A stretch of 64,000 bases of DNA from Sphingobacteriales bacterium (GTDB taxonomy: Bacteria > Bacteroidota > Bacteroidia > UKL13-3): NCBI GenBank assembly GCA_021298155.1, contig JAJTEN010000010.1:824-64823 (forward strand), given 5' to 3'. The notes under the pieces were generated by a model. The model ran no database searches. It was not told where the DNA came from and worked only from the letters and a program-made list of their open reading frames with translations. This document shows, in pieces, positions 20,177 to 30,554 of the stretch; the stretch's first letter is position 1; each line of letters opens with the position of its first letter. The translations under genes were made by a program, and so were the position numbers.

Positions 20177-23100
20177 ATGCAAAATAAAATAACAGACAAA
20201 ATCTACCTTCTTGAGGGGCAGACATTAACACAAAACATATTTCAGTTTTTGGGGAAGATGATGGCATTTGGCTTCCTTTTTTTTCAAACATTTAATGCGA
20301 GTAATGCGCAACAAACAGCCATCTTTACTGATGAGATTAAATTTTACAATAAAGGGTTGGCCTTGTATGACAAGGAAAAATTTGCTGCGGCGCAAAAACA
20401 TTTCGACTGGTATGCAAGAATTGGTTCTGACCCAATAAACAAAATAAATGCTGAATATTATGCCGCGGTGTGTGCCATGGAATTATTTAATACTGATGCC
20501 TTGGCAAGGCTTAACAACTTATTGAAGAAATATCCAGCCCATCCAAAATCTAAATTAGCCTTATTTCAAATTGGCAAATTTCATTACCGCAATAAAAACA
20601 ACACTTTAAGTGTTGCCGCGCTCGACCAAATGCCAGTAAACTATTTAAGCGGTTCCGATTTAAAAGAGTTTTACTTTATTTACGGTTATTCATTATTTAA
20701 AGTTGAACGATTCGAAGATTCAAAAAATGCCTTTAAACCTATTAAAGATGAAAGCAGCAAATACTACGATGCTTCAAATTATTATTATGGCTACGTATGC
20801 TATAAAAACAATGATTACGAGGAAGCGCTCATTCATTTTAATCGCGTTAAATACCATAAAACATTTGGACCACTAGCAGCAGTTTATGTGGCACAGGTAT
20901 ATTTTGCCAGGAAACAATATGAGGAGGTAATCAGTTTTTGTGATAGTATTACTAAGCCAGAAATTGCAAATGATGTGGCAGGTTTAGTGGGCCAATCACA
21001 CTATCAACTTAAACAATATGCAGCTGCAATTCCTCATTTAGAAAAATTTATGAAGGCAGCTCCGGTAATGCCAGGAGATAATGACTATTACATGTTGGCA
21101 GAATCTTATGCCCAAACCAAAGCCTATGAAAAAGCCATTCAGCAGTTTTTGAAAATTGATTCAAAAAATGACACACTCAACATTCATGTACAATATCAAT
21201 TGGCAAACTGTTACCTTGAGTTAAGCAACAAAACCGCTGCTAGAGCAGCATTCGAAAATTGTTACCAAGCAGACAGTAATAGTGTTATGGCAGAAGCGGC
21301 TCTGTTTTTCTCGGCAAAATTAGCTGATGAATTAAACCTACAATCACAAGCCACCACAAGGTATGTAAAACTCATAGATAGATTTAATGAAGGTCCTTTT
21401 ACTGAAGAAGCCCGAAGTAACTTAGGAAATATCTTATTGAATGGTAAAAATTATAAAGAGGCCATTCGCATATTAAGTGCCATTAAAAAGCCAAATACTG
21501 CCGACTTAACCAATCTTCAAAGAGTAACCTATTATCGGGCAGAAGAACTTTATCTCAACAATAATTTTATTGATGCGGAAGACTTATTTAAGAAAGCTGC
21601 CAACGCCAGTTATGACCCAAAAATGACTGGACTCGCCAACTTTTGGTTGTCAGAATTGGCCTACAAAGAACAAAACTATACACAATCTATCTCCTATATT
21701 TTACTTTTCCAAGAGTCGAAAGAGGCCAAAACAACAAGGTTTTACAAGCATTCTTTTTATAATCTGGGATATAATTACTTAAAGTTGGCCAATTATGCTA
21801 AAGCAGTAGAAGCATTTGCTAATTATGAAAAAAGAGATAATCCAATTCAAAATATAGAAGTGTATACGGATGCAGTTTTACGTATGGCCGACTGCTATTT
21901 TGCAGATAAAAACTACACTAATTCATTAACTTATTACGACTTAATGATCAGTAAAGATTTAAAAGGAGCAGATTATGCACTCTTTCAAAAAGCATTGATA
22001 TTAGGACTCTTAAATAAAAATTTAGAGAAAATAAATGCCTTGCGTTTGTTAGAAAAAAATTATGCGAACTCAACCTATATCGACGATGCAGTATATGAAA
22101 TTGCAGATAATTATTTAAAAAATGAGGAATACAGCGAAGCCGCTAGCGCATTTGAAAACCTCATTGTTAAATATCCTAGATCTGTTTTTTTAAGACAAGC
22201 CATTTTAAACAAAGCGCTGGCCTTGTTTAACCTAAAACAAGATGATTCAGCCCTAGAAGAAATCAAAAAACTAATCACAAATTACCCAAGTAGTGATGAA
22301 GCAAAAGAGTCGCTTCCAATGGTTCAAAACATATTTGTAAACCAAGGAAAAGGAGAAGAATATTTAAACTTCATAAAGGTGTTGCCAAATGTTGTTATCT
22401 CTGCTTCTACTCAAGATTCATTAAGTTATGAATCTGCTTTTAATTTATATCAAAAAGAAAATTACGAAAAAGCCTCAAAAGGTTTTGGTAATTATATTCA
22501 ACGCTTTCCTGGTGGCTATTTTATCTTAAAAGCCAATTATTTTAAGGCAGAATCTGATTACAAACAAAAAAAATACGACGATGCTTTAATCCATTATGAA
22601 TATGTGGCCAATGCTTTAAGAAATGAATATTCTGAGCGTTGCACGCGACAAAGTGCAGTATTGCTAAACCTCAGAAAAAACTATGAAAAAGCATTCGATT
22701 ATTTTGCTGCATTGGAGCGTATTGCAAGCAACCGTGATAATTTACAATTGGCCTTATTAGGTCAAATGAGAACCTGCTCATACTTAGGAAAAATAGACTC
22801 TGCGGCTCAAGCCAGTTTTAGGTATTTAGGTTCAGCCATTGCACAAAAAGAAGGAAGTATTGAAGCGCATGCATTTATAGGCAGATACTATATTGCTCAA
22901 CTCAATTACGATTCTGCGCTTCTTTCTTATCAAAATGTACTTAAAGAAAATAAAGGTTTATTAGGCGCTGAAGCAAAATATCATATTGCCTTGGTTCAGG
23001 CCGAAAAAAAGGATTATAAAACGGCACAAAAAACCATTTTTGAACTCAATGATAAATTTAGTGCCTTTGAGTTTTGGGTAGCTAAAGGTTTTTTATTGTT

Positions 23101-23296
23101 GGCAGAAACCTATATCAAACAAAAGGATTATTTTCAGGCTAAAGCTACTTTACAAAGTTTAATTGAAAACTATGACGGAAAAGAGCTGATTGACCAATGT
23201 AAAGCCAAATTGCTTGAGATTGAAAAATTAGAACAAGAACAAAAAAGCAACTCACAAAAACTTATCGAACAAAGGATTAAACAAAGTGAAAAATAA
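20177..23296 (+). CDS. Large tetratricopeptide-repeat (TPR) protein, secreted
   Basis: 1039 aa with many TPR-like A/Y/L periodic units along the whole length. A signal-like segment MMAFGFLFFQTFNASNAQQ starts at residue 28, so the true start may be ATG 20258. The C-terminal tail is coiled-coil. Confidence 0.8.
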   Translation: MQNKITDKIYLLEGQTLTQNIFQFLGKMMAFGFLFFQTFNASNAQQTAIFTDEIKFYNKGLALYDKEKFAAAQKHFDWYARIGSDPINKINAEYYAAVCAMELFNTDALARLNNLLKKYPAHPKSKLALFQIGKFHYRNKNNTLSVAALDQMPVNYLSGSDLKEFYFIYGYSLFKVERFEDSKNAFKPIKDESSKYYDASNYYYGYVCYKNNDYEEALIHFNRVKYHKTFGPLAAVYVAQVYFARKQYEEVISFCDSITKPEIANDVAGLVGQSHYQLKQYAAAIPHLEKFMKAAPVMPGDNDYYMLAESYAQTKAYEKAIQQFLKIDSKNDTLNIHVQYQLANCYLELSNKTAARAAFENCYQADSNSVMAEAALFFSAKLADELNLQSQATTRYVKLIDRFNEGPFTEEARSNLGNILLNGKNYKEAIRILSAIKKPNTADLTNLQRVTYYRAEELYLNNNFIDAEDLFKKAANASYDPKMTGLANFWLSELAYKEQNYTQSISYILLFQESKEAKTTRFYKHSFYNLGYNYLKLANYAKAVEAFANYEKRDNPIQNIEVYTDAVLRMADCYFADKNYTNSLTYYDLMISKDLKGADYALFQKALILGLLNKNLEKINALRLLEKNYANSTYIDDAVYEIADNYLKNEEYSEAASAFENLIVKYPRSVFLRQAILNKALALFNLKQDDSALEEIKKLITNYPSSDEAKESLPMVQNIFVNQGKGEEYLNFIKVLPNVVISASTQDSLSYESAFNLYQKENYEKASKGFGNYIQRFPGGYFILKANYFKAESDYKQKKYDDALIHYEYVANALRNEYSERCTRQSAVLLNLRKNYEKAFDYFAALERIASNRDNLQLALLGQMRTCSYLGKIDSAAQASFRYLGSAIAQKEGSIEAHAFIGRYYIAQLNYDSALLSYQNVLKENKGLLGAEAKYHIALVQAEKKDYKTAQKTIFELNDKFSAFEFWVAKGFLLLAETYIKQKDYFQAKATLQSLIENYDGKELIDQCKAKLLEIEKLEQEQKSNSQKLIEQRIKQSEK

Positions 23297-23300
23297 GATA

Positions 23301-24974
23301 ATGAAAACCATAACTTTTCCATTCCTATTGTTGGGACTAACAACTTTGTTAATCACAATATCTGCAAGGGCTCAAGAAAATGATAGCTTAATAAAAGACA
23401 ATCAAATTGATGTAATAAAAAACTTCAAGCCTGTATTGTCTGATGCTATCAAAATTCCCGTAAATCCTAACCCAGAAGCGCCTACTTATGTTAAGCCAGT
23501 TTTCACGTATCAAATACCTACCCAAACCCATACTGTACAGCCTACGCTATATACCATAAAACCATTAAGCTTGGGCACAATGCTCTTGCCTAAATTAAAA
23601 GGCAATTATGTAAAGGCTGGATTTGGAAATTACTTTATGCCTGTTGGCGAGGTATATCTCAATACTGTGCGCAATAAAGATTATCAAGCAGGCTTTTTCG
23701 TTAAGCACCTATCTGGAAATGGAGATCAGAATTACAACAACTTCTCCAATAATACCATACATGGCTATGTAAATAAGTTTAACGCTAAAGGTACCTTGGG
23801 AACAGAGTGGTATTACCACAGAAATGTGGTCAATTTATACGGATCGCCAAATGATAATATAACTTTAGCTGCCGATCCAAAACTTGCCTACCATTTAATT
23901 GATGGAAAAACCAATTTCCAAAACCATGCAAAAGACAGTAAAGATTTAGCGTATAAAATTGAGGCCAATTATTACCACTTTAGTAGAGATAATGCATTTA
24001 AAGAAAATGATTTTCAAGCCAAAGCACGAATTGCGCAATTGAATGCAAACATCCCCTTTGAGCTGCAAACTAACTTCCGACTAAATAACAATAGCTTAAC
24101 ACAATTAGATGGTTCTATCAACAATTATCAGCGCATTTTCTTCGACTTAAATCCACAATTGTTCATGATTGGTCCTGATTTTTATTTACAAGGTGGCTTT
24201 AATTCTACCATAAGCAGCGATTCTGCAGGAGGCAAGTTCCATTTCTTTCCAAAAGCAGAAGGAGGATACGCTATAATACCCAAAAAACTTATTGTATTTG
24301 CAGGTTTAACAGGTGGACTTGCCCCAAATACATTCAGGAACACCATCGGATTAAATCCGTTTGTTACAGAAATCCCTCTTAGAAATACCATACATAAAAT
24401 TGAAATTTATGGCGGCGCAAAAGGCGAAATTGGTCCGCAAACAAGCTTCTTTTTAACGAGTTCATCTACCTCGATCGAAAATCTAGTTACCTTTGCTACA
24501 CTAAGTAAAAATGCGGCTCAAGTATTATTGTTTGATGAAGGAAATACAAAACGAACATCGCTTGCAGTAGGCATTCAACATCAACTAGCCGATAAATTTA
24601 GATTGGGATTACATACACAATTTCACTCCTACTCAACCAGTAAAATTGCAAAAGCATTTTCATTACCTCAACTAGAAAGTAAAATCAATATCGGATATAA
24701 TATTGGCGAGAAATTTCTCATTCAACTCGACCTATTTTATTGGGGAGAAAGAAGTGGAGCCATTCTCACAGAAAATCAAGACTTAAGTAGAAATATAGAA
24801 GTAAAAAAACTAGACCCATTTGTAGACTTAAACCTGGGAATTGATTATAGATATAGTAAAAATTTCTCTGCATTTATTCAGTGTAACAATATGGCAAACG
24901 GTCGATACAATAGGTTTGTAAATTACCCAGTTTATGGGATTAATATCATTGGCGGTTTCACCTTTACTTTTTAA
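23301..24974 (+). CDS. Putative outer-membrane beta-barrel protein (unknown family)
   Basis: The ORF track starts at GTG 23286. I prefer ATG 23301, which gives a clean signal peptide (MKTITFPFLLLGLTTLLITISARAQ). There are alternating beta-strand patterns and a C-terminal ...IIGGFTFTF (terminal Phe OMP signature). It lies 4 nt after the TPR gene stop. Confidence 0.6.
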   Translation: MKTITFPFLLLGLTTLLITISARAQENDSLIKDNQIDVIKNFKPVLSDAIKIPVNPNPEAPTYVKPVFTYQIPTQTHTVQPTLYTIKPLSLGTMLLPKLKGNYVKAGFGNYFMPVGEVYLNTVRNKDYQAGFFVKHLSGNGDQNYNNFSNNTIHGYVNKFNAKGTLGTEWYYHRNVVNLYGSPNDNITLAADPKLAYHLIDGKTNFQNHAKDSKDLAYKIEANYYHFSRDNAFKENDFQAKARIAQLNANIPFELQTNFRLNNNSLTQLDGSINNYQRIFFDLNPQLFMIGPDFYLQGGFNSTISSDSAGGKFHFFPKAEGGYAIIPKKLIVFAGLTGGLAPNTFRNTIGLNPFVTEIPLRNTIHKIEIYGGAKGEIGPQTSFFLTSSSTSIENLVTFATLSKNAAQVLLFDEGNTKRTSLAVGIQHQLADKFRLGLHTQFHSYSTSKIAKAFSLPQLESKINIGYNIGEKFLIQLDLFYWGERSGAILTENQDLSRNIEVKKLDPFVDLNLGIDYRYSKNFSAFIQCNNMANGRYNRFVNYPVYGINIIGGFTFTF

Positions 24975-24983
24975 ACAAACAAT

Positions 24984-26291
24984 ATGAGTACTTTTAAAAT
25001 AAATGGCGGTAAACAACTCAAAGGAGAATTGATTCCGCAAGGCGCAAAAAACGAAGCATTACAAATTTTATCTGCTGTTTTATTAACGCCTGAAGAAGTT
25101 GAAATTTCAAATATTCCAGATATAAGGGATGTCATGAAATTGATTGAATTATTAGGGGATTTAGGTGTAGAAGTGACTAGAATAAATGCAGATACATACA
25201 CCTTTAAAGCGAAAAATGTTCAATTAGATTATTTACTCAGTGATGCATTTAAGCAAAAAGGAGCCAGTTTGCGTGGATCAATCATGATTATTGGTCCGCT
25301 TTTAGCACGTTTTGGTGTGGCTTATATTCCAGAACCAGGTGGAGACAAAATTGGCAGAAGACCGGTAGACACACACCTAAGAGGTTTTGAAAGTTTAGGG
25401 GCTAAATTTGAACACCTACCTCATGAAAGATTTTATAAAATCGACGGAAAGGAGCTAAAAGGAACATACATGTTACTCGATGAGGCATCGGTAACTGGAA
25501 CAGCAAATATTTTAATGGCTGCCTGTTTAGCCAAAGGTAAAACAAGCATATACAATGCCGCTAGTGAACCGTATATCCAACAATTATGTAAAATGTTGAA
25601 TAGTATGGGTGCTAAAATTACAGGTGTAGGTTCAAACCTATTGCATATAGAAGGCGTAAATTCGTTAGGTGGTTGTAAGCATAGAATGTTGCCAGATATG
25701 ATTGAAATTGGCAGTTTTATTGGATTAGCAGCAGTAACCAATTCTGATATTACGATAAAAAATTGTGCCGTACAAAGCTTGGGTTTAATTCCAAAAGTGT
25801 TTCAGCGTATGGGCATTCAAATGGAGATTATCGGAGACGATATTCATATCCCAAAACAAGATTCTTATAAAATTGAAACCCTTATAGATGGATCAATTTT
25901 AACCATAAAGGATGGCATTTGGCCAGCGTTTACACCCGATTTAATTTCTATTGCTTTGGTAACAGCCACTCAAGCCAAAGGCAGTGTACTTATCCATCAA
26001 TGGATGTTCGAGAGTAGATTATTTTTCGTAGATAATCTGATCGACATGGGTGCTAAAATTATTTTATGTGATCCACACAGAGCTGTGGTTATTGGTTCGA
26101 ACCGAGAAACAAAATTGCGCGGAATTACCATGTCGTCTCCAGATATCAGGGCCGGTGTTTCAATGCTCATAGCTGCTTTAGCCGCGCAAGGAACAAGTAC
26201 TATCAATAATATTGAACAGATTGACAGAGGGTATCAATTTATAGACAAGCGTTTACAAGCGATTGGAGCTGATATTACCAGAGTATCATGA
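24984..26291 (+). CDS. murA: UDP-N-acetylglucosamine 1-carboxyvinyltransferase
   Basis: 435 aa, collinear with MurA (GAKNEALQILSAVLL, PGGDKIGRRPVDTHL, QAIGADI). The active-site loop carries Asp where E. coli has Cys115. Confidence 0.95.
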   Translation: MSTFKINGGKQLKGELIPQGAKNEALQILSAVLLTPEEVEISNIPDIRDVMKLIELLGDLGVEVTRINADTYTFKAKNVQLDYLLSDAFKQKGASLRGSIMIIGPLLARFGVAYIPEPGGDKIGRRPVDTHLRGFESLGAKFEHLPHERFYKIDGKELKGTYMLLDEASVTGTANILMAACLAKGKTSIYNAASEPYIQQLCKMLNSMGAKITGVGSNLLHIEGVNSLGGCKHRMLPDMIEIGSFIGLAAVTNSDITIKNCAVQSLGLIPKVFQRMGIQMEIIGDDIHIPKQDSYKIETLIDGSILTIKDGIWPAFTPDLISIALVTATQAKGSVLIHQWMFESRLFFVDNLIDMGAKIILCDPHRAVVIGSNRETKLRGITMSSPDIRAGVSMLIAALAAQGTSTINNIEQIDRGYQFIDKRLQAIGADITRVS

Positions 26292-26791
26292 GATTACTAG
26301 GGCTCTTCTTCTTTCTGATTATACATAATTTTGGGGCTTTGGGTCAAACCAAACAATGGAAAATTGGCGATACATTGCCTAATTTTTCTTACGAAGGCCA
26401 ATTTACGAGAGATTATCAACTCAAAGAACTTCAAGGATCCTATGTTCTTGTGAATTTTTGGGCTAGTTGGAATGAAGAAAGCAGGCGACTACAAATTTCA
26501 TTTATAGATCTATTTGCGAGATACAAAGACCGCAGATTTAAACAGGGCAGGAAGTTTTACATTATTAGTGTAGCATTAGATGATAATCCAGAAATTTTGG
26601 AACTTGCGCTGAAAAAAGATAACCTTCCATGGAAAACCAAATATTGTGATTTTAAAGGATGGAAATCGCCACTGTTGGAGCAAGCAAAAGTAAATCAGAT
26701 TCCTTGCAATTACCTGCTAGATACAAGAGGTGTGATTTTGGGTGTGAACCTAAAAAAAGACCAACTAGAGGAAATTCTACGCGCCTTATAA
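26288..26791 (+). CDS. TlpA/AhpC-like thioredoxin-fold protein lacking the CXXC motif
   Basis: 167 aa with a signal peptide. YVLVNFWASWNEESRRL aligns with the canonical FWA(T/S)WCxPC of TlpA-like reductases, but both Cys are replaced (NEES). ATGA overlap with murA. Confidence 0.7.
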   Translation: MRLLGLFFFLIIHNFGALGQTKQWKIGDTLPNFSYEGQFTRDYQLKELQGSYVLVNFWASWNEESRRLQISFIDLFARYKDRRFKQGRKFYIISVALDDNPEILELALKKDNLPWKTKYCDFKGWKSPLLEQAKVNQIPCNYLLDTRGVILGVNLKKDQLEEILRAL

Positions 26792-26857
26792 TGTCACATT
26801 GTCACAATTGCTGAGATGGCAAAAAATTTGACTAATAGGATTAAAAAGTAAATACGT

Positions 26858-27442
26858 ATGCAGAACGAACAAGAAGTTAACCACGAAGAAATAGAATTTA
26901 AAGCCGATACTACCAACATTCAAGAAGAACTTAAAGCCGCAGCAGAGGAAATGAGTAATCAAGAAAACCCTGTCAATACCGGCGAAATTGTCAGCGAGGA
27001 AGAGAAACTTAAAGCAGAATTGGCTTCGGTTCAAGATAAATATTTAAGGTTATATTCTGAGTTTGATAATTACAAGCGTAGAACAAGCAAGGAACGTGCA
27101 GACTTGTTTAAAACTGCCAATCAAGAAACGGTATTGGCAATGTTGCCCATTCTAGATGATTTTGAAAGAGCCTTAGAAGCTATGCCAAATGAAGAAAATA
27201 GCGAAAGTATTAAAGCAGGCATCCTATTAATTTATAATAAACTCAAAAATACGCTGCAGCAGAAAGGGTTAAAAGAAATGGAGGCGATGGGAATGGCATT
27301 TGATGCTGATTTGCATGAAGCGATCACGAAAATACCTGCACCATCAGATGATTTAAAAGATAAAATTGTGGCAGTTTTGGAAAAGGGATACTCACTCCAT
27401 GATAAAGTAATTAGGTTTGCAAAAGTTGTAATTGGCGAATAA
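26858..27442 (+). CDS. grpE: Nucleotide exchange factor GrpE
   Basis: 194 aa with YLRLYSEFDNYKRRTSKE and a C-terminal beta domain. It lies immediately upstream of dnaJ. Confidence 0.95.
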   Translation: MQNEQEVNHEEIEFKADTTNIQEELKAAAEEMSNQENPVNTGEIVSEEEKLKAELASVQDKYLRLYSEFDNYKRRTSKERADLFKTANQETVLAMLPILDDFERALEAMPNEENSESIKAGILLIYNKLKNTLQQKGLKEMEAMGMAFDADLHEAITKIPAPSDDLKDKIVAVLEKGYSLHDKVIRFAKVVIGE

Positions 27443-27445
27443 AAA

Positions 27446-28594
27446 ATGGCTAAAAGAGATTATTACGAAATATTAGGTATCAGCAAAAGTGCAAGTGCCG
27501 ACGAAATAAAAAAAGCGTATCGGCAAATGGCTATCAAGTTTCACCCAGATAAAAATCCGGGTAACAAAGAAGCAGAAGATAAATTTAAAGAAGCGGCAGA
27601 AGCATATGAGGTGCTGAGCGACTCAGACAAAAAAGCCAAATATGATAGATTTGGTCACCAGGCGATGGGCGGTGGCGGTGCTTATGGTGGCGGGATGAAT
27701 ATGGATGATATCTTTAGCCAATTTGGAGATGTTTTTGGAGATGGTCATCCGTTCGAATCATTTTTTGGTGGTGGTCAAAGAAGAGGTGGCGGAAAAAGAC
27801 AAAGAGTTGGGTCGAACCTACGCATAAAAGTGAAGTTAACCTTACAAGAAATTGCTACAGGAGTTGAGAAAAAGCTAAAAGTAAATAAACAAGTTGCGTG
27901 TAAAACATGTAATGGAAATGGGGCTAAAGACCAATCATCTTTTAGGAATTGCGGCACTTGTGGTGGCTCGGGTCAGGTAAGAAAGGTAACACAAACCTTC
28001 TTGGGACAAATGGCAACCACTGCTACTTGTTCTACTTGTAATGGAGAAGGTTCTGTAGTAACAAGTAACTGTGGTTCTTGCAGAGGCACAGGCAGAACAG
28101 AAGGTGAAGAAGTGATTACCGTAAACATTCCGGCAGGGGTTGCCGATGGCATGCAACTGTCTATGAGCGGAAAAGGTAATGCACCAGAGAGAGGAGGTAT
28201 TCCAGGCGATCTAATCATTCTAATCGAAGAGATTGAAGACCCAGCTTTAAAACGTGATGGCAATAATATAATCTACGATTTATATTTAAATTTTGCTGAT
28301 GCAGCCTTGGGCACACAAGTAGAAATACCAACGGTTAGTGGCAAAGTAAAACTTAAGATTGATGCTGGTACACAAGCGGGCAAAATTCTTCGCTTAAGGG
28401 GTAAAGGTCTACCAGAAGTGAACTCTGGATACCATGGAGATCAATTGGTTCAGGTAAATGTGTGGACACCAAAGAAAATGAGTGCAGAGGAAAAAGCTAT
28501 TCTTGAAAAATTACGTGTTTCTGAAAATTTTGTCCCTAAACCTGATAAATCAGATAGCGGGTTCTTCGACAGAATGAAGGAGTTTTTTAATTAA
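27446..28594 (+). CDS. dnaJ: Molecular chaperone DnaJ
   Basis: 382 aa. J-domain with HPD (KFHPDKNP), a G/F-rich linker, and four CxxCxGxG zinc-finger repeats ([32 protein letters not shown]). Confidence 0.97.
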   Translation: MAKRDYYEILGISKSASADEIKKAYRQMAIKFHPDKNPGNKEAEDKFKEAAEAYEVLSDSDKKAKYDRFGHQAMGGGGAYGGGMNMDDIFSQFGDVFGDGHPFESFFGGGQRRGGGKRQRVGSNLRIKVKLTLQEIATGVEKKLKVNKQVACKTCNGNGAKDQSSFRNCGTCGGSGQVRKVTQTFLGQMATTATCSTCNGEGSVVTSNCGSCRGTGRTEGEEVITVNIPAGVADGMQLSMSGKGNAPERGGIPGDLIILIEEIEDPALKRDGNNIIYDLYLNFADAALGTQVEIPTVSGKVKLKIDAGTQAGKILRLRGKGLPEVNSGYHGDQLVQVNVWTPKKMSAEEKAILEKLRVSENFVPKPDKSDSGFFDRMKEFFN

Positions 28595-29385
28595 AATTTC
28601 GGACATCCAAGCTGACCTCGTCTATCTCCAAATCTAATAAATACCCCAACAGAGGTATAGAAATACCCATCTTGAGGATAGAAATTGGTCTTCAATAAAT
28701 GACCGCTTAATTTATTGCTTGCACACATATTATAAGTGGCTTCACCGTATATAGAAACCAAGTTATTTAATTGGTAACCAATTGCTAATCCGGCATGCCC
28801 AATAAAGGCTGTTTGGCGCTCGGCTTGAAAGCCTTTTGCATCTTTATTACCATAACCTACCGAGGCAACTACAAGCTCCTCTCTTTGGGTTCGAGGATTT
28901 ACGGTAAAATACTTGGCTCTAAAGTTGGTAACACCAAATCCCACAATTCCATTTACAGTGAATTTTTCCCACTCCATGGATACATCTTTGGTAAAACTAT
29001 AAACTGCGGATACTTGCAATTCATTAAAATCGCATCTAGAACCTTGCGTATTATCAGATTTTAATGTGAAAAGACTGCCAAACCTACCCTGCATGCCAAT
29101 TTCTAAATTCGGGTTTACTTTTTTATAAACCCCTGCAAAATAGGTAGGCAATAGTTCTCTGTAATCTCCAAAATTAGTAGTTACGTGATAATCCATTTGG
29201 TTAGTAACAAACAAACCAAAACCCACACCCCCACCAAATCTAAAGTCTTCTTTAGCAGGTAAAGTTGCAGCAGATTTTACCTTTTTAGGCAAATAGTTAT
29301 TTGAAAATACAGTCGTATTACTAGCAAAACTTCTTGTGCTAGTAAATACAACTATAAAAATAAATATCTGCGCTATTTTGAGCAT
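28591..29385 (-). CDS. Putative outer-membrane beta-barrel protein
   Basis: 264 aa with a signal peptide ([17 protein letters not shown]), alternating aromatic/glycine strand pattern and a C-terminal Phe. Its stop overlaps the dnaJ stop by 4 nt (TTAA). Confidence 0.6.
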   Translation of the reverse strand: MLKIAQIFIFIVVFTSTRSFASNTTVFSNNYLPKKVKSAATLPAKEDFRFGGGVGFGLFVTNQMDYHVTTNFGDYRELLPTYFAGVYKKVNPNLEIGMQGRFGSLFTLKSDNTQGSRCDFNELQVSAVYSFTKDVSMEWEKFTVNGIVGFGVTNFRAKYFTVNPRTQREELVVASVGYGNKDAKGFQAERQTAFIGHAGLAIGYQLNNLVSIYGEATYNMCASNKLSGHLLKTNFYPQDGYFYTSVGVFIRFGDRRGQLGCPKF

Positions 29386-29418
29386 AATTTTAGTGAGAAT
29401 ATCAAATAATTATATTTT

Positions 29419-29426
29419 CAAAATTA
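29419..29426 (-). promoter_or_regulatory. Candidate Bacteroidetes-type -7 promoter box (TAATTTTG) for the OMP gene
   Basis: Exact TAnnTTTG on the minus strand, 33 nt upstream of ATG 29385, within the 250-nt very AT-rich spacer. Confidence 0.3.
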
Positions 29427-29636
29427 ATAATTTGAATGAGTTTTGTATCAATTAATTCAAATTTATATGCAATAAGTTAGATTTTTAAAATGTACAAAAG
29501 CTAATTTGTTTATACCTAAAATTAAAAATCACTTTGGTTTTATACATGTTTTAGGCCTAAAATTACCTCCTATCCATTTAAACGTATCTTTATATAAAAT
29601 AAGTAAATCAAGCTCAAAATTTAACTAAATTGCGAT

Positions 29637-30551
29637 ATGATTATACAAATTGATCAACTAAATAAACGATATCAGCAACATCAAGCCTTAAAAGAGGTGA
29701 GTTTATCTGTTAAAGAAGGATCTATTTTTGGGTTATTAGGTCCAAATGGCGCAGGAAAAACTAGCTTAATTCGAATTTTAACACAAATTACAGAAGCAGA
29801 TACGGGTCAAATTTTGTTTGAAGGTGAGCCATTAAATCCAAGTCATATTTATCAAATGGGCTATTTACCTGAGGAACGCGGCCTATACAAAAAAATGACG
29901 GTAAAAGACCAATTGCTCTATTTCGCTGAGTTAAAAGGTTTATCGAATAAACAAGCAAAGGAAAAGCTCAAATATTGGGTTGATAAGTTTGATATTAGAA
30001 GTTGGCTAAACAAAAAGGTTGAAGAACTTTCCAAAGGCATGCAGCAAAAAATTCAATTTATTGCCACAGTGATTCATGAGCCTAAACTTCTTATTTTGGA
30101 TGAACCCTTTTCTGGTTTTGATCCAATAAATGCGCAACTGTTAGTAGATGAAATTTTACTCCTAAAAAGTAAAGGTACAAGTATTATTTTTTCAACACAC
30201 AGAATGGATTCTGTGGAGTTATTATGTGATCATATTGCACTAATCAATCAATCAGAAAAAATATTGGATGGCAATGTGAGAGAACTTCAACAGGCTTTCA
30301 AAAAAAATCTATTTGAAGTTAAGTATACTGGCCAAACCTTGTTCAATACTGATTGGATGCAGGTTATTGAAACAAAAGAAAAGGATGGCTATACCTCTCA
30401 ATTAATTCATATTGGTTTACATTTAAATCCAAATCAGTTTTTACAACAGTTATTGCAAGAACCGATTGGTATTGTTTCATTTCAAGAAAAACTGCCCAGT
30501 ATGGAAGATATTTTTATCAGCGCTGTTCAACAAAAAAATTTAAATAAATAA
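29637..30551 (+). CDS. ABC transporter ATP-binding protein (ABC-2/NatA-like)
   Basis: 304 aa with Walker A GPNGAGKTS, signature LSKGMQQK and Walker B LLILDEP. Confidence 0.9.
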   Translation: MIIQIDQLNKRYQQHQALKEVSLSVKEGSIFGLLGPNGAGKTSLIRILTQITEADTGQILFEGEPLNPSHIYQMGYLPEERGLYKKMTVKDQLLYFAELKGLSNKQAKEKLKYWVDKFDIRSWLNKKVEELSKGMQQKIQFIATVIHEPKLLILDEPFSGFDPINAQLLVDEILLLKSKGTSIIFSTHRMDSVELLCDHIALINQSEKILDGNVRELQQAFKKNLFEVKYTGQTLFNTDWMQVIETKEKDGYTSQLIHIGLHLNPNQFLQQLLQEPIGIVSFQEKLPSMEDIFISAVQQKNLNK

Positions 30552-30554
30552 GCA

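Noticed and set aside
26094-26103. GGTTCGAACC copies (also 32445, 51834) as tRNA T-arm remnants or tRNA-like elements
   Set aside because: All copies are inside well-supported CDSs, with no flanking acceptor, D-arm or anticodon arm. The resemblance to the GTTCGAA T-loop is limited to 7 nt. I treated them as part of the over-represented motif family.
28578-28600. TTTTAATTAAAA palindrome at the dnaJ/OMP convergent junction as a terminator
   Set aside because: It is an A/T-only 12-mer with no stable stem. It is simply two overlapping TAA stops (TTAA).
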